From Acidobacteriota bacterium (lineage in GTDB: Bacteria; Acidobacteriota; UBA6911; RPQK01; JAJDTT01): DNA of 64,000 nucleotides. The position numbers and the translations under genes are program-made. Shown one piece after another: positions 1 through 10,422 of this stretch; position 1 is the first letter of the stretch, and the number at the start of each line of letters is the position of its first letter. The notes below the pieces were generated by a model that was not told the DNA's origin, searched no databases, and saw only the letters and a list, made by a program, of their open reading frames with translations. The stretch covers positions 320,001-384,000 of the forward strand of contig OZ242374.1 of the NCBI GenBank assembly GCA_965209055.1, in the 5' to 3' direction.

Positions 1-1993
1 CCAGGGCCGGGTCGAACGGGGCCGGGACCTGGTGGAGAACCTGGGATGCGTCAATTGCCACGCAAGCGGGTCCGAATCCCTGGATCACCGCCGCGGACCC
101 GGCCTGCACGCCGCCGCTCGCCTGGACCCTGCGTGGCTCCGCCGTTGGCTGCTTGATCCCGCAGCGGTCCGGCCCGAAGCGACCATGCCGGCGCTGCTGG
201 ACGAGGCGGAAGCCAGGGACGTCACGGCCTACCTCGCTTCGCGGCCGGTCACCGGCCCGCCGGACCGGGTCCCGGACCGGCCGGCCGTGGACACCGCCCG
301 GGGACGCGGCCTCTACGCCTCATTGGGGTGCGCCGCATGCCACACGCCGGAGAGTCATGCCCTGGACGGCATCGGGTCCAAGATGTCCGCCGCCGGTTTG
401 GCCGCCTACCTGAAGGACCCCTCCCGCCACCATCCCGAAAGCCTCATGCCTTCACTGCATCTGGATGACACGGAGGCGTCTCGTATTGCCGCCTACCTGA
501 CCGATCCGGTACCGGATTCTCCGGAAGAGCCGCTGACGGGCGGCGACGCGGGTCGTGGAGAGGAGCTGATCCGGTCCCGGGGATGTCTCTCCTGTCACCG
601 GATGGAAGACCGGGAACAACCCGCCGCTCCGGATCGCGGGCCGGCCGTGACCCATCTCTCCCTCGATGGAGGATGTCTGGCGGAAAACCCTGGTCCCACC
701 CTTCCCCGGTACCGGCTGGATGGAGAACAGCGGCAGGCGATTCGAGAATTCATTCGCGTTCAACAACGATTCCCCGATGTCAGTCCCGCGCCGGTCTACG
801 ACTTCTACCGGCGGATCCGCCGGCTTCGCTGCACCGCCTGTCACGTCATGGACCACTTCGAAGGCGGGCAGCTGGCCGGGGCGCCGGTCTTGACTGGAGC
901 GGGAGAAAAGCTGCGGCTCGAATTCCTGAAGGAGGCGCTCCTGGGCAGGGTCGGCCTGCGGAGTTGGATTCCCCTGCGCATGCCCCGGTTTTCCCGAGAC
1001 CAGGTGGAGCCGCTGATCCACGGGTTCGCCAAGGCTTCGGGCCTCGACCCATCGGCTCCCGCCGTGGAGTCGGTGGTGTCCCAGCAGGATACGAACAAGG
1101 GCCTGACGCTGTTGGGGAAGGACACGGAGGGGAAGAGCCTGGGCTGCATCGGCTGTCATGACTGGGCGGACTACCGGGCGCAGGGGGAGCGGGCGCCCCA
1201 GTTGGCCCGGGCCGCGGATCGCCTCCGCTATCCGTGGTACCGGCGTTTCATGTTGAATCCGGCCCGGATCCTTTCCGGGACGTCAATGCCGGAGCACTTC
1301 ACGGACATCGCGCCGGAGGAGAGGGACGTGAGCATCCGGAGGATCTGGGGAGCCCTCGGCGTCGGCTCGGGCGGCCGGTTCCTCCCCGGTCTGGATCCGG
1401 CGCCCGATCCCTGGACCGCCGAAGCCCGCCCGGATCCTTCCCAAGGGGCCCTCATGGTCCGGACCGTCATGCCGGAGGCGACTCCGGCGGCCATCGCCGT
1501 GGGCCTGCCCGGCGGCCTCTCCTACTGCTTCGACGCCGGCGCGCAACGTCTTCTGTATGCCTGGAGGGGGGCGTTCCTCGACCTCGAGGCCACCCTGCAG
1601 CGGAAGACCGGTGACGATGGGTTCACTCTGACCCCCCGGATCCCGGGGACGCGCTTTTTCCGGTCGACCCGTTTCCCGTTCCGGCTGGCGGATTCCGGAC
1701 GCATTCCTGAAACGCGTTTCAAGGGCTACCGCCTGCGGGACGGCGTCCCGGAATTCCAATACTCGGTGGGCGGAGCGGAGGTCTTCGAACTCATTCGCCC
1801 CAGCGAAACGAATGACGGGTTCCGCTGGCGGTTCCGGATCGAACGGGTCCAGGTTCCGCTTCGTTTCGACGCGGGCCTCGAAGGTCCGGTTCGAATCTCG
1901 GCGAGCCGGGGTGCCGTGGAGAAGGGCAACGTTCGGATTCGCATCGACGGGGACGCCCGATTCGAAATCCTGGTCGGGAGCCAAAGGAAATGA
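1..1993 (+). CDS. Multiheme c-type cytochrome (5'-truncated by window edge)
   Basis: Five CxxCH motifs (CVNCH, CAACH, CLSCH, CTACH, CIGCH), most followed by distal MP motifs. The frame is open from position 2. Confidence 0.85.
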   Translation, partial: QGRVERGRDLVENLGCVNCHASGSESLDHRRGPGLHAAARLDPAWLRRWLLDPAAVRPEATMPALLDEAEARDVTAYLASRPVTGPPDRVPDRPAVDTARGRGLYASLGCAACHTPESHALDGIGSKMSAAGLAAYLKDPSRHHPESLMPSLHLDDTEASRIAAYLTDPVPDSPEEPLTGGDAGRGEELIRSRGCLSCHRMEDREQPAAPDRGPAVTHLSLDGGCLAENPGPTLPRYRLDGEQRQAIREFIRVQQRFPDVSPAPVYDFYRRIRRLRCTACHVMDHFEGGQLAGAPVLTGAGEKLRLEFLKEALLGRVGLRSWIPLRMPRFSRDQVEPLIHGFAKASGLDPSAPAVESVVSQQDTNKGLTLLGKDTEGKSLGCIGCHDWADYRAQGERAPQLARAADRLRYPWYRRFMLNPARILSGTSMPEHFTDIAPEERDVSIRRIWGALGVGSGGRFLPGLDPAPDPWTAEARPDPSQGALMVRTVMPEATPAAIAVGLPGGLSYCFDAGAQRLLYAWRGAFLDLEATLQRKTGDDGFTLTPRIPGTRFFRSTRFPFRLADSGRIPETRFKGYRLRDGVPEFQYSVGGAEVFELIRPSETNDGFRWRFRIERVQVPLRFDAGLEGPVRISASRGAVEKGNVRIRIDGDARFEILVGSQRK

Positions 1994-3516
1994 GAGAGAC
2001 CGGCGCCCTGCTCCTGCTCTGGCTGGCGGCGGCGTGGATCGTTCCATGCTCCGCCTTGGCGCAGGTTCCCCGGGAGAGCTACCGGATCGAGACCGTAGAG
2101 ACCCCGCCGGGAGTGGCGCCGGAGGTGGGCGGGATCGATTTCGACCGGCGCGGCCGGCTGGTGGCCTGCTTTCGCCGCGGGGGCCTCTTCCGGCGGGATC
2201 CGGACTCGGGCCGCTGGAGCCGGTTCGCCACCGGACTCCAGGTCCCCCTGGGAATCGTCGCGGGGAAGCCGGGGGAATACTTCGTGGCCCAGCAGTCCGA
2301 GTTGACGCGGATCGTCGACACCGATGGCGATGGCCGGGCCGATCACTACCAGACCCTCAGCGATGAATGGGGGATTTCGGGCAACTACCACGAGTATGCC
2401 TACGGGCTGGTCCGGGACGGCGAAGGGAACTTCTACGTGGGGTTGGGACTGGCCTCGGGTTCGAGCCGGCACAAGTTCTCGGGCCGGGGGCCGGCGACGA
2501 CCAGGAGCCTGGTCGCCGAGAACCCCAAGCCTGGAACGGTGCGGCGGTTGCGCCACAATTCACCCGTTTCCTACCGGGGCTGGGTGATCAAGATCACCCC
2601 CGGAGGAAAATTCGTGCCCTTCGCCTCCGGTTTCCGGCAGCCCAACGGCCTGGGGTTCAACCGGGAGGGGGCGCTGTTCGCCACCGACAATCAGGGGGGC
2701 TGGATCGGGACGTCTCCCCTTCATCATGTCACGCCCGGATCGTTCTATGGACACCCCTCCTCGCTGAATTGGCATCCGGACTTCCAGGGCATCAATCCTG
2801 TGGACATCGAGGTGGAGAACTTGGCGCGCCGGCGCAAGCCGCCGGCCGTCCAGATTCCTCAGAACGACATGGCCGGTTCCCTGGGACAGCCCTTGGAGGA
2901 CCGCACCGGAGGCCGGTTCGGTCCGTATGCGGGCCAGGTGTTCATCGCCGACTGGACCTATCCCCGGATTCACCGGGTCTTTCTGGAAAAAGTGGAAGGG
3001 ACCTGGCAGGGGGCCTGCTTCCCGTTCATCGAGGGGCGCGGGTTGCGCAAGGGAAACATGCGCCTGGCCTTCTCTCCGAAGGGAGATCTCTACGTGGCGC
3101 AGACCTCACGGATCTGGGGAATCGGAGAGGGATTGCAGCGGATGGCCTGGACGGGAAAGATCCCCCTGGACATTCAGGAGATGCGCCTGACCGAATCGGG
3201 GTTCGACCTCGTATTCACCAAGCCGGTGGACCCGGACACCGCGGCGCTCGCCGACGACTACTCCCTGTTCCACTACTACTACCGTTACCACGGGGAGTAC
3301 GGGTCTCCCAAGACGGATGTGACGCCGGTCCGGATCGAGAAAGTGTCCCTATCCGACGCTGGACGCCGGGTTTCGCTCCACCTTTCGGATCCGTTGTTGA
3401 CGGGACGGGTCTACGAACTGCGTCCGGGGCAGGGAATTCGTTCCCAAGACGGCGAACCCCTGGTGACCAAGCTGGCCGCCTATACGGTGAACCGGCTCCG
3501 TGTGGGTGCCGAGTGA
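1990..3516 (+). CDS. Secreted beta-propeller protein, glucose/sorbosone dehydrogenase-like (PVC/DUF7133-type)
   Basis: Signal peptide; DTDGDGRAD, GNYHEYAYG, SGFRQPNG and TDNQGGW motifs. ATGA overlap with the upstream cytochrome gene. Confidence 0.7.
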   Translation: MRETGALLLLWLAAAWIVPCSALAQVPRESYRIETVETPPGVAPEVGGIDFDRRGRLVACFRRGGLFRRDPDSGRWSRFATGLQVPLGIVAGKPGEYFVAQQSELTRIVDTDGDGRADHYQTLSDEWGISGNYHEYAYGLVRDGEGNFYVGLGLASGSSRHKFSGRGPATTRSLVAENPKPGTVRRLRHNSPVSYRGWVIKITPGGKFVPFASGFRQPNGLGFNREGALFATDNQGGWIGTSPLHHVTPGSFYGHPSSLNWHPDFQGINPVDIEVENLARRRKPPAVQIPQNDMAGSLGQPLEDRTGGRFGPYAGQVFIADWTYPRIHRVFLEKVEGTWQGACFPFIEGRGLRKGNMRLAFSPKGDLYVAQTSRIWGIGEGLQRMAWTGKIPLDIQEMRLTESGFDLVFTKPVDPDTAALADDYSLFHYYYRYHGEYGSPKTDVTPVRIEKVSLSDAGRRVSLHLSDPLLTGRVYELRPGQGIRSQDGEPLVTKLAAYTVNRLRVGAE

Positions 3517-3540
3517 GGCAGAGCTTCCCATTTGTTCTGC

Positions 3541-3566
3541 TTCGGAATATCCGATATTCTGAATAT
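3541..3566. promoter_or_regulatory. Palindromic operator upstream of the AbrB-PIN TA operon
   Basis: TCGGAATAT-CCG-ATATTCTGA imperfect inverted repeat with an overlapping ATATTCTGAATAT palindrome, in an AT-rich spacer. Confidence 0.5.
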
Positions 3567-3608
3567 ACGTAAAGTCAACGTCTGCAGGTTCGGAAAGGGA
3601 GGGTTGGA

Positions 3609-3860
3609 ATGCAGGAAACGTTGGTCGTGTCCAGTCGTGGCCAGATCACTCTGCCGGCTGTATTGCGGAAGCGCTTTGGAATCAAACGTGGTGATGTCCT
3701 GATCCTGGAAGATCGTGGCAATGAAATCGTACTCAAACCTGGTGTGGTGCTCGAGGTCGAGTATTTCAGCGACGAACAAATCGCCGAGTGGGACGCCGCG
3801 GACGTGCTTTCAGACGAGGAGCGGGCCCGCATCCTCGATAAATTCAGCGGATCGGAATGA
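3609..3860 (+). CDS. AbrB/MazE/SpoVT family antitoxin
   Basis: VSSRGQITLPAVLRKRFGIKRGD signature; GGGAGG RBS. Confidence 0.9.
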   Translation: MQETLVVSSRGQITLPAVLRKRFGIKRGDVLILEDRGNEIVLKPGVVLEVEYFSDEQIAEWDAADVLSDEERARILDKFSGSE

Positions 3861-4261
3861 GGCTATTTCTTGACGCCAATGTTCTGTTTACTGCGGCACA
3901 CAATCCTCGGGGGAAAGCCGCACTGGTGATAGAGCTCTCCAGGCAAGGGCATTGGGAGATCTCTTCCAGTGCATACGCAATAGAGGAGGCCCGGCGAAAT
4001 CTGGAACGGAAACTTCCCGAGTTCGTGCGGAACCTGGACGCGTTCTCGGATGTTCTGCAAATTGCTCCTCATGCGGTCGGACTTGAGTTTCCCCATTGGC
4101 TCCCAACGAAGGACCAACCCATTTTTCTGGCAGCCGTCACGTGTCGGGCCACCCACCTGCTGACCGGGGACCTAAAGGACTTTGGTGCGTTCATGAACCA
4201 ACCGGAAAAAACCTCCGGTATTCGAATCCAAACGGTGGCCAGTTTCCTCGATCGTCTTTGA
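3857..4261 (+). CDS. vapC: PIN-domain (VapC-like) toxin
   Basis: LFLDANVL, EE, KDQPI and LLTGDLKDF acidic PIN motifs; ATGA-coupled to the antitoxin. Confidence 0.85.
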   Translation: MRLFLDANVLFTAAHNPRGKAALVIELSRQGHWEISSSAYAIEEARRNLERKLPEFVRNLDAFSDVLQIAPHAVGLEFPHWLPTKDQPIFLAAVTCRATHLLTGDLKDFGAFMNQPEKTSGIRIQTVASFLDRL

Positions 4262-4353
4262 ATCCAGCCGGGCTGAGCGATTCGCCTAATGCCTTGATCG
4301 ATCGACAGACGCGAGATGCCGGACGAGCCTCGGTGGCCTGCCTTCGGTGCCGG

Positions 4354-4932
4354 CTATTGGGTCTCGCCCGCCCGGCCGGTCACGGAGGCAGTCGAGGGCT
4401 CGGACCAGGATCGGACGTATTCCCTCTGTTCCCGGGTTTCCGGCGATCTGGGGTGATAGTCGTTTTTTTCCATTCCCCGCCACCACTCGGCGATCCGCCT
4501 CAGGGCTTCGCCGCCCGTCCTCCCGTGCCGGACCAGCCAGCAGCCCACCGTGGTCCCGGTTCGTCCCACGCCGCCCCAGCAGTGAACGTAAACCGTCTTG
4601 CCATCGCCGAGAGCGGCGTCGACGGCGTCGAGGATCTTGACCATCCGCTGCGGGGAAGAGGGGACGTTCAGGTCGACGATGGGATGCCGCTCCCATCCGA
4701 TTTCGAGGCCGCGTCGACGGGCCTCCCCGGCGATGATTCCGGAGTACGGCTCCAGCTCACCCTGCTCCGTCAGGTCGATGAAGTGGTCGATTCCCGCATC
4801 CAGCAGCTTGCGGACTTTTTCGGCCGCCCAGGCCCGGTCCCAATGGCCAGGGTACTCTCCCGCCGCGAAACGGCCTGGCCGAATCCAGTAGCTGTTCTCC
4901 ATGGGACGGTCTTGGCCGTCGTCGATGGACAT
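4354..4932 (-). CDS. Dual-specificity/protein-tyrosine phosphatase
   Basis: HCWGGVGRTG P-loop (CX5R), HPIVD acid loop and PETREQ Q-loop. Confidence 0.9.
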   Translation of the reverse strand: MSIDDGQDRPMENSYWIRPGRFAAGEYPGHWDRAWAAEKVRKLLDAGIDHFIDLTEQGELEPYSGIIAGEARRRGLEIGWERHPIVDLNVPSSPQRMVKILDAVDAALGDGKTVYVHCWGGVGRTGTTVGCWLVRHGRTGGEALRRIAEWWRGMEKNDYHPRSPETREQREYVRSWSEPSTASVTGRAGETQ

Positions 4933-4957
4933 TCCCGATGACCTCCTCTGCCGCCGG

Positions 4958-5515
4958 TCAGGGCCAGAGCCAGCCGAAGGTTCCGGCCGTCAGGAGGGAG
5001 TAGATCGCGCCGTCGAACATGGTTCGCAGCGTGGCGCCCCAGCCCCGGTGCCACCAGATGGCGCTCTGCAGGATCGCCAGCGAGTAGCCGGCAAATGCGA
5101 CCACGCTGACCATCTTGAAGACGGCCATGTAGTCGGCGCCGGGTCCGATGTGCAGTCCGGCGGCATAGCCGGCGAAGACTCCGACGAGCACGCAGTAGGC
5201 GAACCACAGGGCGAGGCTCTTGCCCATGTTCACGGGCCGGTTGGAAAGCACCGTCACCAGGGCAACCGGTCCCCTGTTGGTCTTCTCGACGAATTCCGGC
5301 GAGTTCATTTCCTTGGGGTCCGCGGCGTGCGGAATGCAGTAGTCGCCCGGCGGGATCTTGAACGGCCGGAGGGCATCCATCACCGCGGCCTCGTCGGGAA
5401 CCGGTCCCACGTCCGACCTGTGATACCGAAGCACCATGTGAATGATGGAGCTGACGATGAAGACCAGCACCGCCGAAAGCAGCACCGGCAGCCAGAGGGA
5501 AACGACCGAAACCAT
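4958..5515 (-). CDS. Conserved hypothetical membrane protein (about 4 TM)
   Basis: Start reassigned to MVSVVSLWLPVLL behind a GAGGAGG RBS; several hydrophobic segments. Confidence 0.75.
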   Translation of the reverse strand: MVSVVSLWLPVLLSAVLVFIVSSIIHMVLRYHRSDVGPVPDEAAVMDALRPFKIPPGDYCIPHAADPKEMNSPEFVEKTNRGPVALVTVLSNRPVNMGKSLALWFAYCVLVGVFAGYAAGLHIGPGADYMAVFKMVSVVAFAGYSLAILQSAIWWHRGWGATLRTMFDGAIYSLLTAGTFGWLWP

Positions 5516-5562
5516 ATCGACCTCCTCTCGGTCCGGATTTGTCCTGATCGGCCGACGACCGA

Positions 5563-7200
5563 TCAGTAGAGAACGCTCACCAGTATGTCCTTCAAGCGCG
5601 GCGCCGGGCCGGCCGGGACAAGAATGCGGAAGTGATTGTATCCCGTCTGCAATTGGGTGGGCGAGATGGAATAGCGGAGTTCGTCCTGGACCCTCTCCGC
5701 AGCTTCCAACCGATGACCATTCACTGATATCCGAACTGGCGTCTCCGGGTCCAGGCTTTCCAGTTGCACGCGTGCCTGCACGTTGGGACGGTTGCCGATG
5801 ACCGCGTGGTTCAGCGACCGGTCGGCCAGGTACATGGGGACGGTGTAGGTCATGCCCGGCTCCAGCAACAGTGGGGAAAGTGGAGAAACAGGCTTCTGCG
5901 CCTTGTATTGTTCGAAGTCGTGGATGTACCGCTTGAAGGATTCCCGTCCCACCGGGTCCAGGCTGTAGAGCTTGTCCAGCCTCTCCAGGCCATTCGGGTC
6001 TCCGAGTTCGCGGTATTTCCGGTCGTGGTCCTCGTCGGGAAAGAGATTGAAGAGGTAGATCCCGTCCGCCCCCTGTTTCCAGGCCGTCAGGGCCTGCGCC
6101 CGGAAGGACTCCAGTGATTCGCGTTCTTCTCCCATCATGGACCTGCGGATACATGGGTAGACGGGAACGCCGTAACGGTGAGCGAGCCGGATGGTCTCCT
6201 CCCAGGGCGCCAGAGCCACCTCGCCGATGATCACCAGATCGACCAGGTCTTCACGGAGCCAGGTCACCAGGTCCAGACCCATGTCGTGGTTCAGTTCGGG
6301 CGAGTCCATGACCCGGACTGCGATCAGCAGGGGCCGTCCCCGCTCCCGGGCCCGGGCGTCGGCCATCCGGCGGACGCGACGCATCAGCCGGGTCATGGAA
6401 TCCGTTTCTGTCTGCGTGACCGGTTCTCCCCAGGCGTAGGTCTTGAAATAGGGAGGATGGCGCCAAAAATCGAGTTCCAGGCCGTCCAGGTCGTAGTTGG
6501 AGGCCATCTCCTCCAACACCTGGAAGGTCATGTTCCGGATCGGCTTCCAACTGAAATCGGCGCCGGACCAGTAGCCGTAGGGCGGCGGCTTCCGGGAGGA
6601 ACCGAAAAGAGTGCGAGAGTGTTTCCGCTTGAACTTGGAACCCAGGACCGAGAACCGGTCGCTGCTGTCGTGCACGTCGTTCATGCGCAGGGTGGCGAAG
6701 ATCTCGACTCCCTCTTTCCTGCAGTATTCCGTCACGATCTCCAACGGGTCCGTCCCCTGTTCGGCGAATTCACCGACCGGGTTCCGAAATCCCTCTCTCG
6801 GGAGATCCCGAACCAGGAGCTCGGCGACTTCGCTGCGATGGGTGTAGGCGCCGATGCTCTGGGTGGTGCAGTAGAAGATGGAATCGACCTGGGTTCCCAT
6901 GACGGGGATGGTGCGCCGCTCCAGTAGATTTTGCGGCGTGGCCGGCAGGTCCGAGGGAAAGAAGAGAGCATCGTCTCCGTCGTTGTTGAAGATGAGGCGC
7001 CGCTTGCGCCACCGGGCCCTGTGCCTGAGATCGTCGATCTCCCCGGTGCCGGAAACCGTGTCTTTTTCGGCAGGTTTTTCCATTCCCGGCGACGAAGCCG
7101 CCGGAGAGCAACCCAGGATCGGAACCAGCAGCAGAGCCGCCGCGGCGATGCGGGGCCCAATATGAAGCAATCTCATGAGAACCGGGGTGAATTCTCTCAT
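5563..7200 (-). CDS. GHL10-like TIM-barrel putative glycoside hydrolase, probable lipoprotein
   Basis: IFNNDGDD, RMNDVHD, YDLDGLELDFWRH and GADGIYLFN motifs; ILGC lipobox. Start uncertain. Confidence 0.7.
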   Translation of the reverse strand: MREFTPVLMRLLHIGPRIAAAALLLVPILGCSPAASSPGMEKPAEKDTVSGTGEIDDLRHRARWRKRRLIFNNDGDDALFFPSDLPATPQNLLERRTIPVMGTQVDSIFYCTTQSIGAYTHRSEVAELLVRDLPREGFRNPVGEFAEQGTDPLEIVTEYCRKEGVEIFATLRMNDVHDSSDRFSVLGSKFKRKHSRTLFGSSRKPPPYGYWSGADFSWKPIRNMTFQVLEEMASNYDLDGLELDFWRHPPYFKTYAWGEPVTQTETDSMTRLMRRVRRMADARARERGRPLLIAVRVMDSPELNHDMGLDLVTWLREDLVDLVIIGEVALAPWEETIRLAHRYGVPVYPCIRRSMMGEERESLESFRAQALTAWKQGADGIYLFNLFPDEDHDRKYRELGDPNGLERLDKLYSLDPVGRESFKRYIHDFEQYKAQKPVSPLSPLLLEPGMTYTVPMYLADRSLNHAVIGNRPNVQARVQLESLDPETPVRISVNGHRLEAAERVQDELRYSISPTQLQTGYNHFRILVPAGPAPRLKDILVSVLY

Positions 7201-7292
7201 TTTTGTGCGCCCCGGGACTACGGAATGAGTTTTGCGGCCGCAGTCGGTAGTAAACTGGGCGTGAAGACCACGGTACCCGGAGTCTGTTTGCA

Positions 7293-9464
7293 ATGAGAAT
7301 ATCCCCCGTTCTTCCGGTCCTGGTGGCCTGTTTGCTGCCGCAGGCCGGCTGCGGGCCGTCGAGCGAGGCGGACCCGTCCGACTGGCCGGTCTACCTGGGG
7401 GACGCCGCGGCCTCCCACTTTTCCCCGTTGGATCAGATCAACCGGAACAACGTGCACCGGCTCCAGGTCGCCTGGACCTACAACACCGGGGACAAGTCCG
7501 AGTTCAGCCAGATCCAATGCAATCCCCTCGTCGTCGGGGGCCGCCTGTTCGCCACCTCGCCGCAGTTGAAGGCCTTCTGCCTGGATGCGGCCACAGGCCG
7601 GGAGATCTGGGTCTACGATCCGGTCGAGGAGGCGGGGCTCAGCACGCTGGGCGTGAATCGGGGCCTCGTCCACTGGGAACGCGGGTCCGGGGCGAGGATC
7701 TTCCATACCGCCGGAAATCTCCTCTTCGCCCTGGACGCCGCAACCGGGCTCCCGGTCCCCACCTTTGGGGACAATGGCCGAATCGACCTGAGGTTCGGCT
7801 TGGGCCTGGAAGACCCGGAAAAGTTCTGGGTCGTCTCCACCTCGCCGCCGGCCCTGTTCCGGGACATCCTCATTGTCGGCAGCCGGGTGGGGGAGGGTCC
7901 CGGAGCCGCCGCGCCCGGTCACATCCGTGGCATCGACGCCCGCACCGGCCGGATCCGGTGGACCTTCCACACGATTCCCAGGCCGGGCCAGGACGGATAC
8001 GAGACCTGGCCGCCGGACGCCTGGACCTACGCCGGCGGCGCCAACTCCTGGGCGGGGATGACGGTCGACGAGAAGCGCGGAATCGTCTTCGCCTCCACCG
8101 GATCGCCCTCCTTCGACTTCTGGGGCGGCGACCGGAAGGGAAAGAACCTCTACGGCGACTGCGTCCTGGCCATCGACGCCGTTACGGGCAAGCTCCGCTG
8201 GCACTACCAGACCCTGCACCACGACCTCTGGGACCGGGACCTGCCCGCTCCTCCCAACCTGGTCACACTGGAGCGGGAGGGCAAGAGGATCGATGCCGTC
8301 GCCCAGGTCACCAAGTTGGGAGTCGTCTTCGTTTTGGACCGGGACACCGGCGAACCTCTTTTTCCGGTGGAAGAGAGGCCGGTTCCCGCGTCGGATCTGG
8401 AAGGGGAGCAGGCGTGGCCCACGCAGCCGTTTCCCCTCAAGCCGCCCCCTTTCTCCCGCCTGTCCTTCACCGAGGCGGACGTTACGGACCTCTCCCCGCG
8501 CGCCCGCCAGGCCGTGCTGGAACGTTTTCGCCAGGTGCGCACGGGCCACATCTTCGAGCCCCCCAGCACGCAGGGGACGCTGGTCTTTCCCGGGTTCAAC
8601 GGCGGCGCCGAATGGGGCGGCGCGGCCTTCGACGCCTCCCGCGGCCGGTTGTACGTCAACTCCAGCGAGATCCCGTGGATTCTGACCATGATCCCGACCA
8701 AGGATCGCCAGCTTCCGGAGCCGTCGGTTGGATCCCGCGTCTACCAGGTCCACTGCGCCGGCTGCCATGGGGACCGCCGGCAAGGGAGTCCGCGCGGCAA
8801 CAGTCCACCCCTCCCCTTGGAGCAGGTCTATCCCCGAAAGGAGACCCGGGACCTGATACGGCTGGGAATCGGCCGGATGGATGCCATGCCCCAGCTCAAT
8901 GACTCGGAGCTGGATGCGGTGGTCGATTTTCTCGCCGGCGCCGATGCCGACAACGTCCCGCCCTGGGCCGTTACGGAAGGCGAGGTTCCCTACACTTTCT
9001 CCGGATACAATCATTTCCTGGATCCCGACGGATACCCGGCCATCAAGCCTCCGTGGGGCCAGTTGACGGCCATCGATCTCAACGCGGGGACCATTGCCTG
9101 GCAGGTGACGCTGGGCCTGTACGACGAACTGATGGAGCGTGGGATTCCACCCACTGGAACCGAGAATTTCGGCGGTCCCGTGGTCACCGCCGGCGGCCTG
9201 CTCTTCATCGGAGCCACCGCCGACGAGCGGTTCCGGGCGTTCGACACCGATAGTGGAGGGATCGTCTGGGAGGCCCGGCTTCCGGCAGGGGGCTACGCCA
9301 CTCCCGCCAGCTACGCGATTCGGGGCCGGCAGTACGTGGTCATTGCCGCCGGTGGAGGAAAAATGGGCACCCCGCCCGGAGATGCCTATGTGGCCTTCGC
9401 GCTGCCCGAGGCAACCGAAACCCGCAAGCGGGCTAGCGGCGGACCAGCCTCACGAAACCCTTGA
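7293..9464 (+). CDS. PQQ-dependent (glucose/quinate-type) dehydrogenase with an inserted cytochrome c domain
   Basis: SPLDQIN, HHDLWDRDLP, GGAEWGG and GGPVVTAGGLLF propeller motifs; one CAGCH heme motif. Confidence 0.9.
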   Translation: MRISPVLPVLVACLLPQAGCGPSSEADPSDWPVYLGDAAASHFSPLDQINRNNVHRLQVAWTYNTGDKSEFSQIQCNPLVVGGRLFATSPQLKAFCLDAATGREIWVYDPVEEAGLSTLGVNRGLVHWERGSGARIFHTAGNLLFALDAATGLPVPTFGDNGRIDLRFGLGLEDPEKFWVVSTSPPALFRDILIVGSRVGEGPGAAAPGHIRGIDARTGRIRWTFHTIPRPGQDGYETWPPDAWTYAGGANSWAGMTVDEKRGIVFASTGSPSFDFWGGDRKGKNLYGDCVLAIDAVTGKLRWHYQTLHHDLWDRDLPAPPNLVTLEREGKRIDAVAQVTKLGVVFVLDRDTGEPLFPVEERPVPASDLEGEQAWPTQPFPLKPPPFSRLSFTEADVTDLSPRARQAVLERFRQVRTGHIFEPPSTQGTLVFPGFNGGAEWGGAAFDASRGRLYVNSSEIPWILTMIPTKDRQLPEPSVGSRVYQVHCAGCHGDRRQGSPRGNSPPLPLEQVYPRKETRDLIRLGIGRMDAMPQLNDSELDAVVDFLAGADADNVPPWAVTEGEVPYTFSGYNHFLDPDGYPAIKPPWGQLTAIDLNAGTIAWQVTLGLYDELMERGIPPTGTENFGGPVVTAGGLLFIGATADERFRAFDTDSGGIVWEARLPAGGYATPASYAIRGRQYVVIAAGGGKMGTPPGDAYVAFALPEATETRKRASGGPASRNP

Positions 9465-10197
9465 AGCCTTGTCCCTTGAGTTTTCTCAGGCGCTTGTCCG
9501 CCGCCTCTTTCGTTCCGCCCGCAACGACGACCCGGTAGAGTCTCGAACTCCCACGCCGAAACGGCCTCACCTCGACGCGGTGCCCCTTCTGCTTGGCGGC
9601 CCAGGCCAGAGTCTTCGCGTTCGCTTCAATCTTGAAGACTCCGATCTGAATTTCGTACGCACCCCTCGCCGGCGCGGGTCTCGACTCGGCGGTGCGGCTA
9701 CTCCGTTTCGGGCGTTTTCGCTTTCCATCGGGACCGTCGATGACGGTGAGGCGGACTCGAACCGTGCCCGCTCCGATCATCTGGATCTCCGACGCGGCGG
9801 CTCTGGAAAGATCGATGATGTACCGGGCGGTAAACGGCCCCCGGTCGTTGATCCGGACCTGTGTGGACCTTCCGTTCCGGAGATTCCGGACGTTGACCCA
9901 GGTGCCGAACGGCAGCCGCGTATGGGCGGCGGTCATCTTGTTCATGTCGTAGGTCTCGCCGTTGCTGGTCTGGCGCCCGTGGTAGGGATGCCCGTACCAA
10001 CTGGCGATGCCGACCTCGGACCACCCTCTCTTGGCTTCCACGGGCGGCGGGAGCTTGATTTTCTTGCGCCCGCCGCACCCACTGAGGGCGACAACGGCCG
10101 CCAGCAGAGCGCAGAGCCGGACGCCCGGAATCGCCGGATTCCGTCGGAGAGTTCCGGGTGGTGGCGAGGTTCGGCCCGGTGCGTGCTGTGTTACCAT
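9433..10197 (-). CDS. rlpA: Septal ring lytic transglycosylase RlpA with SPOR domain
   Basis: GIASWYG, TAAHTRLPFGT, VRINDRGPF, IIDLS; LSGC lipobox; C-terminal SPOR (IQIGVF). Start approximate. Confidence 0.92.
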   Translation of the reverse strand: MVTQHAPGRTSPPPGTLRRNPAIPGVRLCALLAAVVALSGCGGRKKIKLPPPVEAKRGWSEVGIASWYGHPYHGRQTSNGETYDMNKMTAAHTRLPFGTWVNVRNLRNGRSTQVRINDRGPFTARYIIDLSRAAASEIQMIGAGTVRVRLTVIDGPDGKRKRPKRSSRTAESRPAPARGAYEIQIGVFKIEANAKTLAWAAKQKGHRVEVRPFRRGSSRLYRVVVAGGTKEAADKRLRKLKGQGFKGFVRLVRR

Positions 10198-10422
10198 TCT
10201 TTTCTTCGTGCTGGAGCAGATGCCGCTGGTCGATGACCTCAATGGATGTTGGGGGTCGGAAATCGCCGGATCGACGATTTGCCCGCCTCGCAACCTGCCG
10301 GTGACTCGGTCCGCCGGAACCACTCCAGTTCCGGAACCGGTGAGACACATGCTGAATTCGAGAGAAATCTACTGGACGACCCCGACGTTCCGGGCCCCTC
10401 TTCCGGTCGCCAGGGTCCCAAG

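Noticed and set aside
7218-9014. Long antisense and alternate-frame ORFs (also 15414-17372, 29427-31163, 34153-35658, 49906-51645)
   Set aside because: Shadow ORFs expected in high-GC coding DNA; no motifs, and they overlap well-supported genes.
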